Shown: positions 28,320-40,160 of the stretch, piece by piece
How the letters are laid out: every line of letters begins with the position of its first letter
Position numbering within the stretch: position 1 is the stretch's first letter
Source of the DNA: Lama glama
Taxonomy: Eukaryota
Reading direction: 5' to 3'
NCBI GenBank assembly: GCA_028534125.1
Contig: CM052816.1
Location: forward strand, 42,844,001 to 42,908,000
Length of the DNA stretch: 64,000 nucleotides
Position numbers and translations under genes: made by a program
The notes under the pieces: model-generated
Databases searched by the model: none
What the model was told of the DNA's origin: nothing
Seen by the model: the letters and a program-made list of their open reading frames with translations, nothing else

Positions 28320-28769
28320 TGTTGGGAGACAGTTCCCCAGGGTCTCTTGCATTTCTAAACATCCTGTGAGCAGAGGACCTGACTGCCCATTGTTCTGGAC
28401 TGTTTTTTCAAGGATGTTTGTATAGTGAGAGCCTTGGGAGCCTGAGATAAGTGTCTCCCTCCAAAAGCAGAGAGTGGTCATGAGTCAAGTCTCCTGGGCT
28501 CAGGGTTCCTCTCTTGTCAGGCAGCCCACTGTGTATGTGGGAAACTGTATGCATCCATCCATGTCACCTCTTTGAGACTAGAGCGCCAGGGGAACACACG
28601 CAACTATGTTAATGTTCATGGTGTTCACTATACGATGAGTGATAAAGACTTTTTGTTAATTCTCTGACCCAGGAGGCCTGTGCTTTTTGGCAGTATCCAT
28701 GCAACTGTGACAGCTAACTTATTAGCTGGCAAAGAGAGCAAAATCTTGACCCTTCACAATGTTTGAAAA
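28320..28769 (+). mobile_element. Old ERVL-class solo LTR (LTR40-like)
   Basis: Begins TGTTGGGAGACAGTTCCCCAGGGTCTCTTGCATTTCT; ends ...agctaacttattagc...gacccttcaca; family name from memory. Confidence 0.65.
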
Positions 28770-29269
28770 TGAACAATCAAAAAACATTTTAGTAATCAAA
28801 TGATCATCTGAAATTAATCTAGCTTGTGGAATTGGTGAAAATCATGGAAGAGTTCTTGATAGAGCTTAAAATCTTGAGCCTCGAGCCTCAGCTGTGGTTT
28901 TAAAGGAAAGCAATGTCATTTGGACAGTTCTATGCATAAAATGGTCTTCGGGGTGAGGGTTTAGAGGTGACAGTATTGTAAGTAAAGACTCTAAACAAAA
29001 CTGTTAATTTTATGCAGTGCTGACAGTGGTAATAGTCAAAACGTTGACATCTATACTAATTGAGCATTTGAACAAATTGTGTTTATGTCTGATGTTAGCT
29101 TTGGTTGAACAGTTTATTTTAGGAAAAATGACTGAAATATTGCACATAGTCACTTTTCTTTTGTAGTTTGATATTGCCTGCTGCCCTTTAGCATACTTGG
29201 CTTCTATGAGTCAAATGTAGATATTGTTAATAAATAAACACTAACGTTCCTGTGTGTGATTTCCCACAG

Positions 29270-29344
29270 GTGCTGATAAACAATGCCACAACTCACGGAG
29301 ATACAAGAGCATTGGAATTGAATCAGAAATTGTCCTCACAATAA
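29270..29344 (+). CDS. SKIC3: SKIC3 last coding exon ([24 protein letters not shown])
   Basis: Branch-point-like CACTAAC at 29239-29245, cccacag acceptor, TAA at 29342-29344; matches recalled TTC37 C-terminus. Confidence 0.94.
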   Translation: MLINNATTHGDTRALELNQKLSSQ

Positions 29345-32020
29345 CAATGCATTATTTTAGAAGTAAGCAAGCAAAGAAAAAGCTATTAGAAAGAATGAAA
29401 CAATGAATCAAGACTTTTCCCTAAAGCAACAGTTTAAAAAACTATAGTTATAATCATCCATGCCTTTTTTAAATCTAGAGATATTTAAGTTCTTAAGCTA
29501 GGGATGTAATTTGCTGTAAACTCTTAATATAACTTTAATCTGGAAAACATATTTGATTTTGAAAAGTCCATAATTAAAGGAAGAACCATGATTCCCTTAG
29601 TTGCTTAGTTTTTTGTAAGCCATTATTTCCTCCATCTTGCATGGTGCACAATAGGATTTTTTTAAGTAATCCCTTACAATAAGGCCTTAATGGTCATTTT
29701 CTAAGTAATATGCAAAAGCATATTAGCACAAAGCAGAATTTCATTTGTTAAACAACAAATTCAAAGATTTAATTCCTTCTATGAATGCTAGAGTTCAGGA
29801 GACCAACTCATCTAAAATCCAGATAATCTTATAACAAATAATGGTTCATCTCAGATTCTGTTGAAGCATAATATAAATGTTGGTGAGTCTTAGACTGTTA
29901 ATGGATATGTTTATGTAATTCAAAACACTCAGGTGTATGGCTGTATTTAAAAAATTAATGGAAAATTTTGGAAAAATGCTGACAGTATTTAATCATGTAG
30001 TTCCTTCAACTATGATAAGATGAACTTTCTTAACTAAAAAAATACAATGTCTTGTTTTCTTTATAGTATCAATATCAGATATAATTTCAAATTTTAAAAC
30101 TTGAAAGCACATTTACGTATTTTATTTTTTCAAAAAACCCTTTATATATTTGAAGAAGCTGTACATTGCCTGCTTTGGATTTGTGGTCTTAAAAAATGTT
30201 TTCAGACATTTACATATTTATTGTATGAAAGTAGGTAATCATATAATTTATGCACATAGTTTCTCTAAACCATCATCTTCACAATATTACTTTGTGAGGT
30301 AATATAACTTGATAATATTCTGTAAATTTTACTTCAGAAGTTAACCTATTGAACTAACTAATAATTAGATGAATCCCCAAATTTCACTGAATATTATCAT
30401 CATTGAGACCTATGCAGTCAGAATCTTTAAGAGTAGGTGCTATGAGTGCATGTTAAAGGCATGCGAGAGAGTCTAATGTTGGGCCATCAGGTTTGTGAAC
30501 CGCTGTCCATTGATGATCCTGTCCTCACAACTGTCAAACAGATTCAGTGCTTTTAACAGCCTGGTCCATACACTGAGCAGAGCTGCACTGAAAAGGCTGC
30601 CTGTGCAGCCCTGGTGCGCACGCCCTCCTGCTTCCTCAGGAAGGCACATGGGCCTTTACCTGCAGAATGAGCTGCAGCCATCTACTTGCATGTTTACGAG
30701 TCAGTTCTTGTTCTCCATCTGCTTTCTGGGCGTCACTTGCTTCACAAGGTCACTCACCGACACTATGGACTTGGCTAGCCTTTGCTCCAGGCCTGTATCC
30801 AAGGAGTAAGCTTTTGACTCCATTGCCTAGTTCTGGCCTTCAGGAACCACAGACCCAGGTCTTCTAGAAAGGAAAACTGGAAAATACTTTTGTTATAGTA
30901 TCTCAGGTAATTCTTTTTTTGCATGGATGTAGACACATCCTCTCTTTTGTTTGTTGTCTTCGCTTCAAATTACTGCTCAGTTTCTGTGAGCCTCGAACCA
31001 TTCCCAACTATACAATTTATATAGAACTGACTTTGTGCCAGACCTATGGTAAGTGTTTAAACATTGTCATTTAATCTCAGTAAAGGAGAATGGTGCTAAA
31101 CAGCATGCTTAAAGCAAAGAAAATTCGAAGTCAGTCAGTGTTATCAGATTCTAGGAACTTGAAAAGTGACTGAAATTTCTCTTCAGAGTTTATATTTAAG
31201 TTTAATTAGATTAAAAGTTATTTTCTGAAATACCAATATTTAGCATCCATATTAAATATTTCACTATATTCATTATTTCTTTGAGAATCATAGTATATTT
31301 TCTACTAATTTTTATTTATTTGCTTATTGATTAATTAGATGTTTATAGGCTAGCTTGGCATCTGATAATTTCTTATGGGAGAAGTACATTTCAGCTTATG
31401 AGTAAACTTTTGAAACACAATCTGTTTGGGATCACTTGTCATATTTCTTGAAATGTCCCTTGCATTAATTTCTTGTCAGGACTAAAAACACTGTAGTTTA
31501 AAATGCTTTACTCTTCTTCCACTTTATAAAATGAGTTGACAACTTCCTTTAATTTGGGAATTATACAGAGCAGGATTAGACAGCAATACTCAGTTTGTAC
31601 ATTAAGGCAATTAAAAGGTGTGGTTATTTAAAGCAATATGAAACATAATAGTTAGGTAAATATTTTATGCTAAGTAACATATAAATGCGAAAAGATATGT
31701 ATTTGGTTACTCCATAAAGAAATTTGGGGAGATTTTAAAGAACACAAAAATGAAACATATTTTATGTATGAGTCAGTGTGGCTTGCAGATTTTACTTTTT
31801 GTGCATTAAAAAATGTGAAAACTTTGTTTTGACAAAGTTGACCCTTGTCTCTATTCAGGTCTTCCTTTTTCCCACTTTAGTTTTAATGGATAGAAAACTT
31901 CTTGGGCTTCCATGCTGCTTGTTATAAGGTATAACACTCAGCTGCTGGTTACAAACTTGTAGGAGAGGAACTTTAGAAAGATACATTTGTGTATCACATA
32001 CAAGTACAGTAATCTTTCCG

Positions 32021-32040
32021 TGTGTGTGTGTGTGTGTGTG
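32021..32040. repeat. (TG)10 microsatellite
   Basis: Direct reading. Confidence 0.95.
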
Positions 32041-32663
32041 TATTTAACACTTTACAGGTAAAGTAAAAGGTCATCATTTTTGGGTTAGAAAATATAGTCA
32101 CTTAAGATCTATTGCACCTGAAGACCACTCGCAATGTCTAGCTATCCCTGTGCTGTATAATAATTCCTTTCTTCGGCTGATTAGCAACTTTTTGCATAGC
32201 AGTATTACTTTAAATTCTAGTGTAAGACAGATGCCCTATACAACTATTTTTTGTATAAATGCTAAATTATCTTTAGACCTCAAAATGTTTTGAAATAAGA
32301 AATTTAAGAGTAGTATTTCTTTAACAGTATTATGAAATGTTTGCAACATTTTTTCTTGTATTTTGAACTTGAAATACCTATTTATTTTAGTGAAGGGAAA
32401 TGATGCAAGAAGAGAGATCATTAAAATTGGAGTATCTGTTGAAAAAGGCAGTGGGTTCCATATTATATCACTGAACTGTTGAAATAATTAGCATGTCGTG
32501 ATCTCTCCTGAGTTTGAATCATTACAAAAGTTCGTTTGGGCTTCATGGTTCACCACATATGTTCCCTGTATATAATACCTATTATAAAAACATATTTAAG
32601 TTATATTAATTTTTCTGGAGAGATGATAGGTAATGAAAAAATGCTTATCTTGTTATTTTTGCT

Positions 32664-33148
32664 TGTGGTAGGCAGAAAAATGACCTCCTAAAGGATCCAG
32701 GTCCTAATCCCTGGAATTTGTGAGTATGAGGCAAAAGAGACTATGCAGATATGATTGATTAGTGGTTTGGACCTTGAGATGGAGAGATTAGCCTGGATCG
32801 TCCAGGTGAAGCCAGTTTAATCAGAAGAATCCTTACAAGGGGAGAGCCTGTCAGAGAGAGAAAAGTGACAAAGGAAGAAGGTCAGAGAGATTTGACATTG
32901 CTGGCTTTGAAGATGGAAAAAGAGGGCCACCAGACATGTTAATAAGGGTGGCCTCTAGAAACTGGAAAAAGCAGACTTTGTCCTATGGAGTTCCCAGAAA
33001 GGGATGCAGCCTGCTAATACTTCAGTTGTAGCCTGGTGAGACCCATGTTGGACTTCTGACTTACAGAACTGTAAGATAATAATTTCATACTGTTTTTAAC
33101 CCACTAAGTTTGTGGTAATTGTTATGACAGCAGTAGAAAATTAGGACA
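32664..33148 (+). mobile_element. MaLR LTR, MLT1 family (MLT1D-like)
   Basis: TGTGGTAGGCAGAA start, ...cagcagtagaaaattaggaCA end; 5-bp TSD ttgct/ctgct. Confidence 0.85.
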
Positions 33149-36100
33149 CTGCTCATTGTGAAAACCATTAAAATGAAAACACATCCATTTGAATTTGAAT
33201 TTTACCAGATCACTACAACTGGGGATCGTCATCTAAATTGTTGCCCAAAAAGAGGGTCATCAGATGAAGATGATGAGTTATTAAAAATGGTTATTGTGAA
33301 AATATAAATTTCAAAAGTATTTAAGTTTAAGGAATATGAGGCTGTTTGTTTCTGTAATAGTATCCGTCTGCTCTGATTTGACATTCTACTCACAGCACAG
33401 CATCACCAACATAGTTAAGTACTTCACTCCAATTCTCTTTAAAAGGAACTGCATTAAATTATACTCACAAAACCTAAGTAGCATATTTCAAACTGGGTTT
33501 CAATATTGAATGAGGATGTGACTGAATAAGTCTTATCTCTTGGCCTTTTATGTGAATTTGTAAAATCAGGACCTTGAGCTAGATTTCAAATGGCAGCATT
33601 CTGTTGTTCTGAGGTCACCAAGGTTTTCCAAGTCCAAAGAGAGCTAAAGCGAAATACTGAAATAAACTGCTTGGTGCAGTACCTGCGAAGCAGCAGTTTC
33701 CTGGTTTCCAGTGAACAGCCTGCTGCCACAACCCCCCACCCCCGCTTACAAACCTGCTTAGGGTAGAACCCCTTTTAAAAGAGACTTCACTGTACAAAGG
33801 TGGGTAATCAGTACCAGGTACTAAGACCCTGAGAAGGAAAGTAGAACTACACTTTGAGAATATTTCAATGAAAGCCAGCTTCTGTGAATGGTTGAATGGA
33901 GTTATATGTGCCTGCTACGTGCCAAACAGGTTATATATACTTCATTCAGAGAGACCACTCACATTAAGTAGAATGTGCATGTTGTTTGATTATCTGACTT
34001 CCAGGTGACTTAAATAACTTGAATTTCTAAGACTGCCTTTTTAATGTCATTTCCACCCCTTTGATCATGCAAAATATGGTCATTGCTTAATCTTCATGGA
34101 GAAAAAAAGCTGCATAGTTCAGAATCAGGTGATCAGGAGTTATTTTGGAAAACCACTGTATTCTGTTTTTAAAAGTTCTAGTCTCAATTGTTCTGTCCAA
34201 TTTTAGTAGATCAAGAAACGGAAAATAGTGTACAAACAGTTTTTATGTGAAGACTATTTGCTGGCTTCGGGAGTTTGGAAATTAGCCTGGTGAGAAGTCA
34301 GGTGGTGTGCAAGAAAGACTACTGCAGGGTCTGTCTTGGCAGACAGAGTTACGTGGGTTTTTTTGCCTTTGTGCATTCCTGGTAGTGTTAATTTCTTTTA
34401 TGTTTGAGACACAAGTGTCTCTGGGCACAACAGAAAAGCCAGATGGAACAGAAGTTTCTTTGTGTTGGAAAGAAGGAGATTGGAGAGAAAAGGCACTGCT
34501 GAGAAGGCAAATTATATTGTCAAAAGCAGCTTCGAGAGGATAGAAATAAATGTATCTCAAAATTGCCTGAGGCCAGCCCTGCAGTTTGTCAGATCAAGTG
34601 TCATGTATATGGTGGCATGGCTTTTGTGTCAAAGAACTAGTTTCAGAATAAATTATTTATTAGCTCACTAGACCCAGATTTAGGCAGCAGTGAATACCTG
34701 TGAACATCGGGAAATATGTAGGCAGCATTAAGCTTTTGTACACGTCAAGTAGCATCTAAGAAAGCCCAAGTAAGATCTAACATTGCAGAGGACCTGGTGC
34801 TACCACTGGCTTCAGCAGAGGAGTTTTTTGTGCTTGTGAGGTAGTGGTCACTACCTCCCAGGGCCTTGGCATCCAGGGACTTACAGCAGGGATAGAGTGA
34901 ATGCCTGCTGTGTGCCAGGCTCTTTACATTGTCACCTGATTTCATTCCCACATAATTTTTTATGGTAGATATTACCCTCATTTTACAGTGAGAGAGAGAG
35001 AGTATAAGCAAGCTGAGAGATTCACTCTTTTAAAATTGTCTATATTCTTAGGCAGACAGAATCTGGCCCCCAAGGTAATTTCCAATATTATTGTCAAATT
35101 TTGTTAATAATTGCTGCCACCTCAAAGAAATGTGAATGAGTTGAGGTGCGTGTCTTTGGGACTGACTCAGTTAGCCTTCCAAGGTGTATTCTGATGATAC
35201 CATGTACCTGGTGCCACTATCTGAATTCTAGGAAGAACCTTAGGAGGAAGGGAATCTTTTCCAAAGGACTAACTTTGCAGATTTGTTACTTTTGCCTTCA
35301 GCTTTATTTGCTAATTCAAACCTATGCAATGATAAGGAATACTCCACCCTTGTTAGGTTTTGAACTCGATAGAAACTGAGGCCAATAGTGAGCTAATTGT
35401 TTCAGTTAATTCTTGATAATATCACAAATGCCAGCCCTTGGTTTTTGCTTTGGCTTTTCTAACCTCTCTTCCATCGACTGGACTTTCTTTTGGCCCTCCC
35501 ATTTCTTTAGGTACTTAGCGCTTCCTGGTTTTGAAAGACCTTGCTCTCCTTAGTTATCAACTAATCCCTGCAGAGGAGGTATCCATAAGGTTCATGAGTG
35601 TGTGTTCTTTGTGAAGATTTTATGCTGTAAATACTTAAAAGCCTTTAAGTGCTAAACAGTGGAATTTAGGTATAAAGACAAGATAGATTCCTTGGTTTAG
35701 GAGTTGTTTTGGGTTGCAGGAGTGGGTTTATCCAGCATCATTTCCATGCTTCCATGTAGGCCCTGTGCACTTGAAGTCCATCCCTGCATATTTCCCCTGT
35801 GAAGGCAGTGCATTACTTTTTTGGAGAAGCATCTGGTAGTTGGATACTAATGACTTTGACCCTGTGGTAGTGGCTATTGGATTTGCTTCTGTTGACCAGG
35901 ACTTATGGAGGAAATATGCTTCTCTCGGCATTGGCCCCAGCACCTTGCCCACCTCCAGTCAATGACCATGTTTCTATAGCTGTTAGCCTCCCTCCCCAGA
36001 GACAATACGACATGGTTTTAAAGTAGAGGAGTACTTCCTCAATTATAATTTTGTTCCAAGAGTAATCTATACTTTGCACTTCCTTCTGATTTGATCCATG

Positions 36101-36354
36101 TCTAAATTTACTGCAAGTCAGTATATATAGTACAAGGACCTTTTTGAATTCACATGTTCTTAGAACACTGATCTGAATTAGAGTTGGATAGAAGAGTACC
36201 ATGTGGGATGGAGGTGGGGGAAGAGTACCATGGAACTTGTTTTTTTACATAAAGATCAAAATCTGTTTATTATTATTAATCAGTACCATTTATCAAGTGC
36301 AATACCTACGATGTACCAGACACTGCATTAGATGGTCTACATATATTTTGAGAA

Positions 36355-36560
36355 ACAATACAGCAGAATGTTTAAGAGCAAATTCTCTGGACTGATGAGT
36401 TCAAATCCTAGCTCCACTTCATGCTAGCTGTGTAACCTTACATAAATTACCTAAGTCTGTGCCTCAGTAATCGGTGTCTGTTTGGAGGATTAAATGAGTA
36501 ATTCAGGTAGAGTGCTTAGAGCAGTCTCTGATATCTGGTAATAGCTCAATAAATGTTTTT
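36355..36560 (+). mobile_element. MIR SINE
   Basis: gagttcaaatcctagctccact...tgtgtaacctta...tctgtgcctcagt...gaggattaaatgag...gctcaataaatgtt. Confidence 0.7.
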
Positions 36561-37299
36561 CTAATTCTTCTAATAACGTACAAGGTAGATATTTTTATTC
36601 CCATTTTAAGATGAGTGAATTACGACTCCAAAGTTAGAAAACACATCCGAAGTCACACAGATAATAATTGGTGGCGCTGGTTCTAACTCAGGTCTGTCAG
36701 ACCTCAAGGCTTCTCAGCATAGAAGTTTGGATTATTTTTCTGTGTTCTCCGTTTGTCTTTGAGGGTTATAAAAGAGGTCCTGGTTTATGAACTGCTGAGC
36801 ACATCAATCATTTTTCACTCACATCACATGTGCAAATATCTTCTGAAAATGAAGTGGGAAAACTTTACCAAGGAACATGGGCTTATGGAAGTTTAGTCTG
36901 TGGAGCTGGAAAATTTCATGACTGTATATTAAAGGGAAGATCTGAAGCAGCAAACCTTTATCACAAACGTATGTGACTTGAATTTCCTGAAGAGGGAAAT
37001 GCCAAGCTGGCTAGGGGCCAAAACAGCCTCATATTTTTCCTGGCAACAATCCTGCCTCTCTCTGGGAGGGCTCACCACTTCTCTGAGAAGATGCAGCACA
37101 TTTTATTTCACAGTACGAAGGGCAATCTGAAAACATTTCTAACCTTCCTCCTTGAGTTATGTAATACACCCAAATTTTGAGTTTACATTGTAGGACAGAG
37201 TCTTCTTCAACAGGCAGAGATTTGTTGAACTCTAGCTTGATATGTTGACACCATCTGCTGGCAGGAACTCCCAGGGAAGACAAACTCTCCAACTATGAT

Positions 37300-38295
37300 C
37301 CCTCCTCTCCTGCTTCACTGCTGTCTCTGTGTACTCACCTAGGGACTTCGAGGCTCCTCTGCTGCCTGTTCCTTCAGTGTCAGGTGTCCTCTAGTTCTTT
37401 TCTGGTCTCTGTTTCTCACTGTAATCGTCATGTCTCCCACACCACCCCTCCCAAGCCTAGGCAATCTCTTCCTTCCTCACTCATAACTCCAGTAACCATT
37501 TCTGTGCTAAATCCTCAGTTCAAATCTGTCTCTCACACTCCAGGTCCTTATCCCTCACTAACCACTGGATCCCTCCACTTGGACATCCCCTCAGTATCTC
37601 CAAATAAATTAGTTTAAAACTGAGCTCATCATTTTCCCTCTCCTGCATTATCTCCCTCCTTTCCCACCCAAATTTGTTTCTCCCACTGTGTCTGTAACCT
37701 CTTGTCCATACTACAGCCAGAGGGGTTTCTCTAAAACACAAAACTGATAATGTCACTCTCCTATTTGAAATCCTTTAAAGGCTATTCTGGCCCTGAGACA
37801 GGGCCCAGGTCCCTCAACATGAGTTATAAGGCCCTTGTGATCAGACACCCCACTCCCCTAACTTCTCCAGTTTCCTCTTTCCTGCTCTCCTCCTCCAGTC
37901 CTTCTCCCCTACCTCCCACCGCACACACTCTAGGTTCTGACCATTTTGAACCTCTTCGGTTCCAGCATGGGTCCCATTCTTTTGGCCTCCAGGCCTTTGG
38001 TTAGGCTGCACCACCTGCCTGAGCCCCCACCTCTTACCAATCAGGCCCCTTTCCCTTGGCTAACTTCTGTTTATGCTTTAGAGATCTCAGTTTAGATATT
38101 CCTTCTTCTTGAAGACCCCTGCGCCTGATTCCCCATGTTTTTGCTAAATGCCTCTCCCAGGTGCTCCCATTAGACCCTTTACTTGCTCAGGTATTTGCAA
38201 ATTTGATTGTTGGCCTTTTCCACTGGACTGTAAGTTCCCTGAGGGCAGGGTCCGTGTTTAATATTGTATCCCCAGTGCCCAGCACATGAATGAAC
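37300..38295 (+). mobile_element. L2 3' fragment
   Basis: Pyrimidine-rich body ending cactggactgtaagttccctgagggcaggg...tatccccagtgcccagcacatgaatgaa. Confidence 0.75.
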
Positions 38296-38695
38296 TGTCG
38301 GCAGCCTTAAGTGAGTAGGCCGTGGGACCCAGGTCATAGGTCACAATAACTTGCCTGTGTCTGAGGTAAGAAGTAAATATACGCATGCGCTGGTAGCATT
38401 ATATAAACATGAATAATACGCATGCGCGAATCGCATGCGTCAGCATTATGAACAATACGCATGTGCGGGCAGAATAAACAAAGGACGAGCGCTCCACGCG
38501 GGCGGCGCGCCATCTTGTTGAACTGAAAGAAATCCTCGCCACTGCCTCTTGCCACAGGAGCCACCCGCTTGAACTAGAATAAAGTTCTGTTTCACTCCGT
38601 GTCGGCTCCTCGCGCATTATGTCGGCTCCTCACGCATTTTTTCCAGTTGGGCAGCTCACCTCATCGAATCCCTCTCCAGCCTCCCTCGGCTGACA
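38296..38695 (+). mobile_element. Young solo LTR, probably ERV1-class
   Basis: TGTC...GACA termini, perfect 4-bp TSD GAAC (38292-38295 / 38696-38699), AATAAA at 38578-38583, about 28 CpG in 400 bp by hand count. Confidence 0.85.
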
Positions 38696-39879
38696 GAACA
38701 AAGGCTGTGAAAATATGAATAACTTACAAAAGTTTGGAGACCCTACTTATAAGGTAAAAACATGAATATGTATGTGTGTTTGCATATGTATTACAGATCA
38801 AGTTTTTCCTTCTTGGTGTTTTTGAGTGCTACTTGCTGATACTGTCGGTGACACCATAAAAGTGAGAAGATGTTTGGTAAGTTTCTGCAGAAAAAGAGAG
38901 GGCTCATGGTGTCCAGAGCACTCTGGGGATGCTATTTCTTTGACCTTGAGCCTTACTGCTGTCCGGCTATCAGGTGGTGAGTGTATCCACCTTACAGTGA
39001 GGCTCAGAAGGCAGTTATGTGGGGGATTTGTCCTTCATCTTCAGTAGGGAAACAGAATATTTTGAACATTACCATTTAGTCCTCAGTGTAAATAATGTCG
39101 TATGAGGGCAGGTGGGCAGGTTTGGCTAAGGAAGGCAATGGCAAGAAATGTTGGGTGTCAGTGAAACCCTAGGGCTAGCCACGCCTACTTAGATGGTGTT
39201 TGTGCCTAAAGTGAGGACTCTCTGAGACATTTTAACATGTGCCTCAAGTCTGCAGGTGAATCTGGAATGCAGACTCTGTGATGCTCACACCTTCTCCTGT
39301 ATCTGGGGGGAGAGAAGTCTGACATTTCCCAAAGAATTAAGTGTTGGTGTGTGATAAAGAATAAAGTGCCTTGTATACTGAACTTCTCAAGGGGGACTGT
39401 TCATTTCTGTCATCCTTTTTGATCTGTTGCAAAATAAAGGCAAAAGGAGGGAAGCTCAGTGCTCCACTGGTCCCCCAAGCAGAGGTGGATTTACTATGAA
39501 ATGAGGGCTCTTGAACTCCAGGGCCCCTCATTTACATGAGCTCTACCAATTGAACTAGTTGCTCATGCTTATAAGTGGTTTCATATAAAACCAGATTTCT
39601 GGTTTCTTTTGAAAAATAAAATTTTTGGCAATAATGGATTATATGTATGTTAATAATGAACTGGGGCTGCCTAGTGGCTATTCTTTTTAGACAGTTAAGT
39701 GGTCTCCAATTTTCCACAGTTTCTACCATTCTTTAATGTACTATACCAGGCCTACTTCACTCATTTATGTACAATATGTAGATCTGTGGGCAAATACAAA
39801 TATGAAAAGGCATATATGGAAAGAAATTCCTTAAGTTTTTCATTAGTAAATTAGTGAAGACATCATAAAGCTTCTTTGC

Positions 39880-39885
39880 TTTATT
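39880..39885 (-). terminator. FAM81B: Probable FAM81B polyadenylation signal AATAAA
   Basis: tttatt on + strand about 140 nt downstream of the FAM81B stop. Confidence 0.65.
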
Positions 39886-40026
39886 GGGTTTTCTGGTACA
39901 TTTATCTCCTTAAAAAGGTGGTAAGAAATAGAAGCAGTAAACATCCCAGAGATATTAACTTTCTTTTCCCCGTCTTTCCCAACAAACCACCCCACTGGCT
40001 GGTGAAAAAGGAGATGAATGGGAAGT

Positions 40027-40160
40027 TTACACTTCCTGGAGTTCCACTATCTTACGCTGTAATTTCTTTAGGTCTTTCTGTACTTTATATTTCTCTAAAT
40101 CCATCTTTGTTTTCTGTATTCGCTGGAGGGAGCTGAGAGAGTCATGAATCGATTCAAATC
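40027..40160 (-). CDS. FAM81B: FAM81B last coding exon (GFESIHDSLSSLQRIQKTKMDLEKYKVQKDLKKLQRKIVELQEV*)
   Basis: Minus-strand cttacag acceptor, TAA at 40029-40027; matches recalled FAM81B coiled-coil C-terminus; known neighbour of TTC37. Confidence 0.92.

Noticed and set aside
32381..32577. Possible alternative FAM81B terminal exon on the - strand (AG acceptors near 32566 and 32578, AATAAA at 32386-32381)
   Set aside because: Poor polypyrimidine tract, only short peptides with no recognisable homology, and it lies beyond a good last exon and poly(A) signal
38375..38520. CpG-island promoter of an unannotated host gene, or a CRISPR-like repeat array
   Set aside because: Fully contained in a TG...CA element with TSD; the repeats are short degenerate motifs without unique spacers, and the DNA is mammalian
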